A stretch of 41,327 nt of DNA. It comes from Deltaproteobacteria bacterium. Its GTDB lineage: Bacteria > Myxococcota > JACRCW01. Each line of letters opens with the position of its first letter. Within the stretch, counting starts at the first letter, position 1. Below the pieces are notes generated by a model. That model was given only the letters and a program-made list of their open reading frames with translations, was not told the origin of the DNA and did no database searches. A program made the position numbers and the translations under genes. This document shows positions 37,498 through 41,327 of the stretch, piece after piece. Location: the NCBI GenBank assembly GCA_016218805.1, contig JACRCW010000132.1:1-41327 (forward strand), given 5' to 3'.

Positions 37498-39420
37498 TCA
37501 GGTTGGCGCGTGGCCCCTGCCGCGGCGCCGCATTGGCAGAACCACGGCAAACAGCAGGAACCACGGTACCAACCCCGAGTTCAGACAGCTGTAGGACGCG
37601 TCGCACAGCGGCGCCACGCACGTGCCGTCGACGCAGTCCCCCTCGTTGTCGCAATAGTGGTCATTGTCGCAGGACTCACCCAACGCGCGCAGGCGGCTGC
37701 AGGCGTAGCCGTGGCCCTGCGTCCAGTTGCACGCGCCCTGGCGCCCACAGTCGCTGTCGTCGTAACAGTCCGCGCCCTCAGGCAGCGGCGTGGCGCACAC
37801 CGCGGTCCAACCGCCGTCGGCGGACCACCCGCACCGGCCCGAGCGGCAAGCACCGCCTGACCAACAGGCGACGCCATCCTCCAGCTGTAGTCCGCAGGCG
37901 CCGCCGTCCGCCGTCGCGTGGCACGCGAGGCCGGACGCGCATGCCTCGTGGCTCGCACACGGGAACCCGTCGGGCGCGCGCGCGCCCGGCTTTGCCACGC
38001 AGCGCCCGGGCCAGGATGGATCATCCGCTTCGCAGCGGAGTTCCGGTCCCGTCTCGGCGCACCACCGGTCAAGGTGCGGGAAGTCCCCGCACGGCTCGCC
38101 GGCCGCGGGAGGGGGTTTGCAGATGCCCGTGACGTCGCTGGGCTGCTCGCGCCGGCAGGTCAGGGGCCAGGCGCACGTCCCCTGCTCGCTGTGTTCGGTG
38201 GCCGGGGCCTCGCACGGGGAGTCGGCAGGAACGCGGGGCAGGCAGGTGGGCGGGTTGCCTTGGCACGCGTCCAGGGTGTTCAGGCAGTTGCCGCTCATGA
38301 AGTCGTTGCTGGGTGAGTTGTCCGCATGGCTGCAGGCGGCGCCGGTGCGCGCAAACCCGAGGCAGGTACCCCCGATGCACAGCAGTCCGGGCTGGCAGGG
38401 GCGGTCCGGGCACGATGCGCCCGCCGGCGCGGACGACGCGCACACCCGCGGGGTGGACCCGGCCTGGTCCCGTGGCGGGAAGCAGGTCAGGCAGGGGCCG
38501 CAGTTGTCGTCGCCGGACAGGCCATCCCGGTCTCGGCACGCGGCGCCCTCGCCGAGGCGCGGCACGCACGTCCAGCTGGCATGGTCGCAGTAGGTCAGGT
38601 CATCACACGGGTCGTCCTGAGTGCCCGAGCAGTCCGCATCCAGCGGCAACGGCCCGCTGCATGCCCCGCGCAGGCATTCCAACTCCCTGGCGCAGTACGG
38701 GAGATCAAACCCGCCGCACGTTTCGCCCATGCCCACCAGCGGCGTGCACACGTGCGGGCCTCCATCCAACGACTGGCACGCCATGTCGCCCGTGCACTCC
38801 CAGTAGTTGTCGCACGGCTCGCCGGGCAGCGCGCGGATGACGCAGGTTCCCGTGCAGGATTCGCCGCGCGGATCCTTGCAGAACACACCCTGTGCGTGGG
38901 CGGCGCATTCAATGTCGTACTGGCAGGCGCCACCGGGCGGGACCCGTCCTGACCACGCGCGCTCGCACGGTGCCAGCAAGGCCCCCCCCGCGTCTCCTGC
39001 CGCCGCCAACAGCACTGCCCCTCGGCCCTGACGTCCGGCAAGGTCGCGCGCCTGCGCCGTGCAGGTCTGTTCCTGCTGGGAGTCGTGCGCCACGGTGCCC
39101 GCCGCCTCCGCCGCCAGCAGCAGCTGGGCGTCCAGGTACAGGGCTCCGTTGGGCACCGCGCACAGGTTCGCCTCGGCTGCCTCCCGGCTGCCGAACCATC
39201 GCTCAATCCACTCGTCCTCCGTGAGGTTCACGGCGGGGCACTGGGGAACCCAGGCCGCCTCCGCCGCGAGGATGTAGTTGATGTAGCCAGCGACGAAGCG
39301 GTGACACAGGTCCCGGGCGGCGGCGGCCCGGTCCGTGGTGGTGTCATCCACGCAGGCCGGCGGCAGGGCGAGCAACAACACCAACGCGGCGGCGCGGACA
39401 CGGGCTGGCGAACGCATCAT
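37498..39420 (-). CDS. Cys-repeat surface protein with MYXO-CTERM-like C-terminal tail
   Basis: Leader ending LALPPAC. About ten G..C....C..GL.C units. C-terminus SCLNSGLVPWFLLFAVVLPMRRRGR (Cys, hydrophobic segment, Arg cluster). Confidence 0.75.
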   Translation of the reverse strand: MMRSPARVRAAALVLLLALPPACVDDTTTDRAAAARDLCHRFVAGYINYILAAEAAWVPQCPAVNLTEDEWIERWFGSREAAEANLCAVPNGALYLDAQLLLAAEAAGTVAHDSQQEQTCTAQARDLAGRQGRGAVLLAAAGDAGGALLAPCERAWSGRVPPGGACQYDIECAAHAQGVFCKDPRGESCTGTCVIRALPGEPCDNYWECTGDMACQSLDGGPHVCTPLVGMGETCGGFDLPYCARELECLRGACSGPLPLDADCSGTQDDPCDDLTYCDHASWTCVPRLGEGAACRDRDGLSGDDNCGPCLTCFPPRDQAGSTPRVCASSAPAGASCPDRPCQPGLLCIGGTCLGFARTGAACSHADNSPSNDFMSGNCLNTLDACQGNPPTCLPRVPADSPCEAPATEHSEQGTCAWPLTCRREQPSDVTGICKPPPAAGEPCGDFPHLDRWCAETGPELRCEADDPSWPGRCVAKPGARAPDGFPCASHEACASGLACHATADGGACGLQLEDGVACWSGGACRSGRCGWSADGGWTAVCATPLPEGADCYDDSDCGRQGACNWTQGHGYACSRLRALGESCDNDHYCDNEGDCVDGTCVAPLCDASYSCLNSGLVPWFLLFAVVLPMRRRGRGHAPT

Positions 39421-39611
39421 GATTCCCCCATTTGACGACCCAACCCAGCCCAGTCTTGAAAGCGCCGCGCCAGGGGTCAAGCGCAACGTCTGCGTGGAGC
39501 GCGGCGCCCCCCCGCGTGCCTCACGGTGGCGAAGCTGGATGGGTGGGCCACGCGAGATGGCCGGCGACGGGGCGCCAACCGGCGACACGCGAGGTCGCCA
39601 GACGGTAGCGC

Positions 39612-39668
39612 AAAAGAATGAAACCCCTACGGTGACCAGGGGTTTTCAGGAGGCGGCGGGAATCGAAC
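39612..39668 (-). repeat. att-like duplicate of tmRNA 3' end plus degenerate terminator
   Basis: 39649-39668 ggaggcggcgggaatcgaac is identical to 40982-41001. Adjacent gaaacccctacggtgaccaggggtttt matches the terminator at 40950-40976. Confidence 0.9.
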
Positions 39669-39778
39669 AGGCGTTGAGCATGCCGTGATTACGCAGCGTT
39701 GGCTGGAAGCCGCAGCGACGATACCCCCCAAAAGTACCCCCACAACGGGGCACCTGCGTTGCTTGGCGTTTGGCGTTC

Positions 39779-40060
39779 TTACGAGGGCCGCTTGGGCGGT
39801 TGTTCCTCCAACCGCTCCACCCGCGCCTCCAAGGCCGCCACCCGCTCGGCCATGGCGTCAGGCTCAGGCTGGCGCGCGTTCAGCTTCATGAGCTCCCGGC
39901 GAGTCTCTGCCCGATGCGCGGACAGCTCGGCCTGCAGGCGCTCCAAGTGTCCACCGTGTTCCACGCGCAGACCGCGCAACTCGTCACGCATGCCGCGCAT
40001 TTCCTCACGGATCTCGCGTAGCAGCTCCGGCACCAGGTCCCGCGTGTTGTCGCTCGGCAT
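39779..40060 (-). CDS. small coiled-coil hypothetical protein
   Basis: 93 aa MPSDNTRDLVPELLREIREEMRGMRDELRGLR..RVAALEARVERLE with a heptad pattern. Confidence 0.6.
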   Translation of the reverse strand: MPSDNTRDLVPELLREIREEMRGMRDELRGLRVEHGGHLERLQAELSAHRAETRRELMKLNARQPEPDAMAERVAALEARVERLEEQPPKRPS

Positions 40061-40255
40061 GGCGGAAAGCGTAGCGCAGCCAAGCACCACTGCAAGAGCC
40101 GGGTGGCAGCCGGGACCGGCGTGTGGACGCGCAACGCGGGGCCGCAAGCGTACACGCGCAAGACCACGCCCGGCGGAGCCAGGGCCTGGTGGACCAGGGC
40201 GCCTGGAGGCGGCTGATGCGGTGCGCCTCCCGCATCCGTGCGCTAGCTTGGGAGC

Positions 40256-40483
40256 ATGACGCCCCCCAGCTTTCCAGTTGTGTTGACGCCTGACGTCGAG
40301 GACGGCGGTTTCTTGGCCACCTGTCCCATCATCCCGGGGTGCATCAGCCAGGGCGACACCCGAGAGGAAGCACTGGCCAACATCCGGGAGGCCATTGCGC
40401 TGTGCCTCAAGTGCCAGGCGGAAGAGGGCTGGACGCTGCCGCAGCAGTACGAGGTGGCAAGCGTGACGGTGGCTGCCGCCTGA
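40256..40483 (+). CDS. hicB: HicB-family antitoxin (short, no DNA-binding domain)
   Basis: EDGGFLATCP..PGCISQGDTREEALANIREAI; GGAG RBS. Confidence 0.9.
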   Translation: MTPPSFPVVLTPDVEDGGFLATCPIIPGCISQGDTREEALANIREAIALCLKCQAEEGWTLPQQYEVASVTVAAA

Positions 40484-40695
40484 TGCACGCCCTGACTTCC
40501 GGCAAGCCGTGCATCACCGCGCTTGCCAAGGTCGGCTACCAGCGCACGCGCCAGGAGGGCAGCCACGTGCGCCTGGCGTGTGAGGGCCGGGGGCCCGTGA
40601 CGGTGCCGCTGCACAAGACCCTGAAGCGCGGCATTCTGCGGAGCATCATCCGCGTGGCGGAACTGACCGTGGACGAGTTCTGCGCGTTGTTGTGA
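40483..40695 (+). CDS. hicA: HicA-family mRNA interferase toxin
   Basis: TGATG coupling to hicB. RQEGSHVRL..VTVPLHKTLKRGILRSII..LTVDEF; 70 aa. Confidence 0.88.
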   Translation: MHALTSGKPCITALAKVGYQRTRQEGSHVRLACEGRGPVTVPLHKTLKRGILRSIIRVAELTVDEFCALL

Positions 40696-40777
40696 GCCGC
40701 AGTTGACGTTCCGTTGGCATGCCGGGCCAGTTCCGATGAAACCTACTGGGTCAAATCCGATGAGCGCCGAAGGGGTC

Positions 40778-40830
40778 CCGGGCCGGTGAGCACGACAACC
40801 TTACGCCCGCCCGCACTCGGGGACCAGAAT
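40778..40830. repeat. 53-bp dispersed direct repeat, copy 2
   Basis: 52/53 identical to 37360-37412. Confidence 0.95.
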
Positions 40831-40943
40831 CACTCTGCCGGCACGTCGGCCGCCGGCGTCAGAGCTCTGTACACGGGAGTGGGCGCGCATGACGGCGCCC
40901 GCGGCGCGGCAGCGGCGGAACCACGGCACCAGGCCCATCGCAG

Positions 40944-40976
40944 AAAAAAGAAACCCCTGGGGTGACCAGGGGTTTC
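40944..40976 (-). terminator. intrinsic terminator of ssrA
   Basis: Perfect 11-bp stem gaaacccctgg/ccaggggtttc with a 5-nt loop, followed on the minus strand by T6. Confidence 0.9.
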
Positions 40977-40980
40977 GGGT

Positions 40981-41327
40981 TGGAGGCGGCGGGAATCGAA
41001 CCCGCGTCCGGAAGTGATTGGTCTCGTGCCTCTACGCGCGTAGCCTCGTGCTTGTACGGGGCCGGGAGTCCACGGGCAGGCTCATCCGGTCACGGTGCCC
41101 GCTATTGTCTTGACGCCGTCCAACAGGCACGAACGGCATCCAGCCCGCTAGGTTGACACGGGTGATCCTCCCAACAGGCACGGGAGGACCCATGGCTCAA
41201 GCCGACGCCTTCTCAGGCCGCGAGAGCGAGCTCAACGTCATCGTTGGCACTCGTATGTTGCCTACCTTTTTGACGAGGGGACAGGCACCCCCGGCGCGCC
41301 ACACGGACCTCCCGACCCCCGTCGAAA
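40981..41327 (-). ncRNA. ssrA: tmRNA (5' end cut by window edge)
   Basis: Minus strand begins TTTCGACGGGG (tmRNA 5' region). Tag frame 41248-41213 reads ANDDVELALAA-stop. 3' T-arm/acceptor GGACGCGGGTTCGATTCCCGCCGCCTCCA; CCA not encoded. Confidence 0.96.

Larger units (their letters stand above)
39649..41001. mobile_element. tmRNA-integrated island remnant (~1.3 kb, no integrase)
   Basis: Bounded by 20-bp direct repeats of the ssrA 3' end; carries hicBA and a small ORF. Confidence 0.65.

Noticed and set aside
39649..39668. tRNA gene
   Set aside because: Only the 3' T-loop/acceptor portion is present and it is identical to the ssrA 3' end; no cloverleaf.

Overview
High-GC window, most likely from a Myxococcota bacterium (tmRNA tag ANDDVELALAA, Cys-rich secreted proteins, MYXO-CTERM-like tail). 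Left: threonine catabolism (SDR-type threonine dehydrogenase, kbl), a membrane b-type cytochrome, a collagen-stalked dihaem c lipoprotein, an OmpA/TSP3 protein and a lectin-like lipoprotein. Centre (7876-32358): a ~24.5 kb, tightly coupled six-gene operon of exported proteins, divergent from a TPR gene. It encodes two small cohesin-like lipoproteins, a 2528-aa scaffold-like protein (cohesin-like, LamG, TolB-like propeller, SUEL lectin, Ig-like repeats), a tail-fibre-like protein, a 1753-aa protein whose C-terminal half looks like a Tc-toxin A subunit (no TcB/TcC in the window), and a 2698-aa lipid-anchored adhesin. This operon is my best candidate for an undescribed surface-assembled adhesion/membrane-piercing system. 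Right: a pseudo-cyclase/STAND/TPR protein, two Cys-rich surface proteins, and a ~1.3 kb integrase-less islet (hicBA) bounded by a duplicated tmRNA 3' end plus terminator, then ssrA (cut by the window edge). All family calls are by eye and from recalled motifs; no searches were run.
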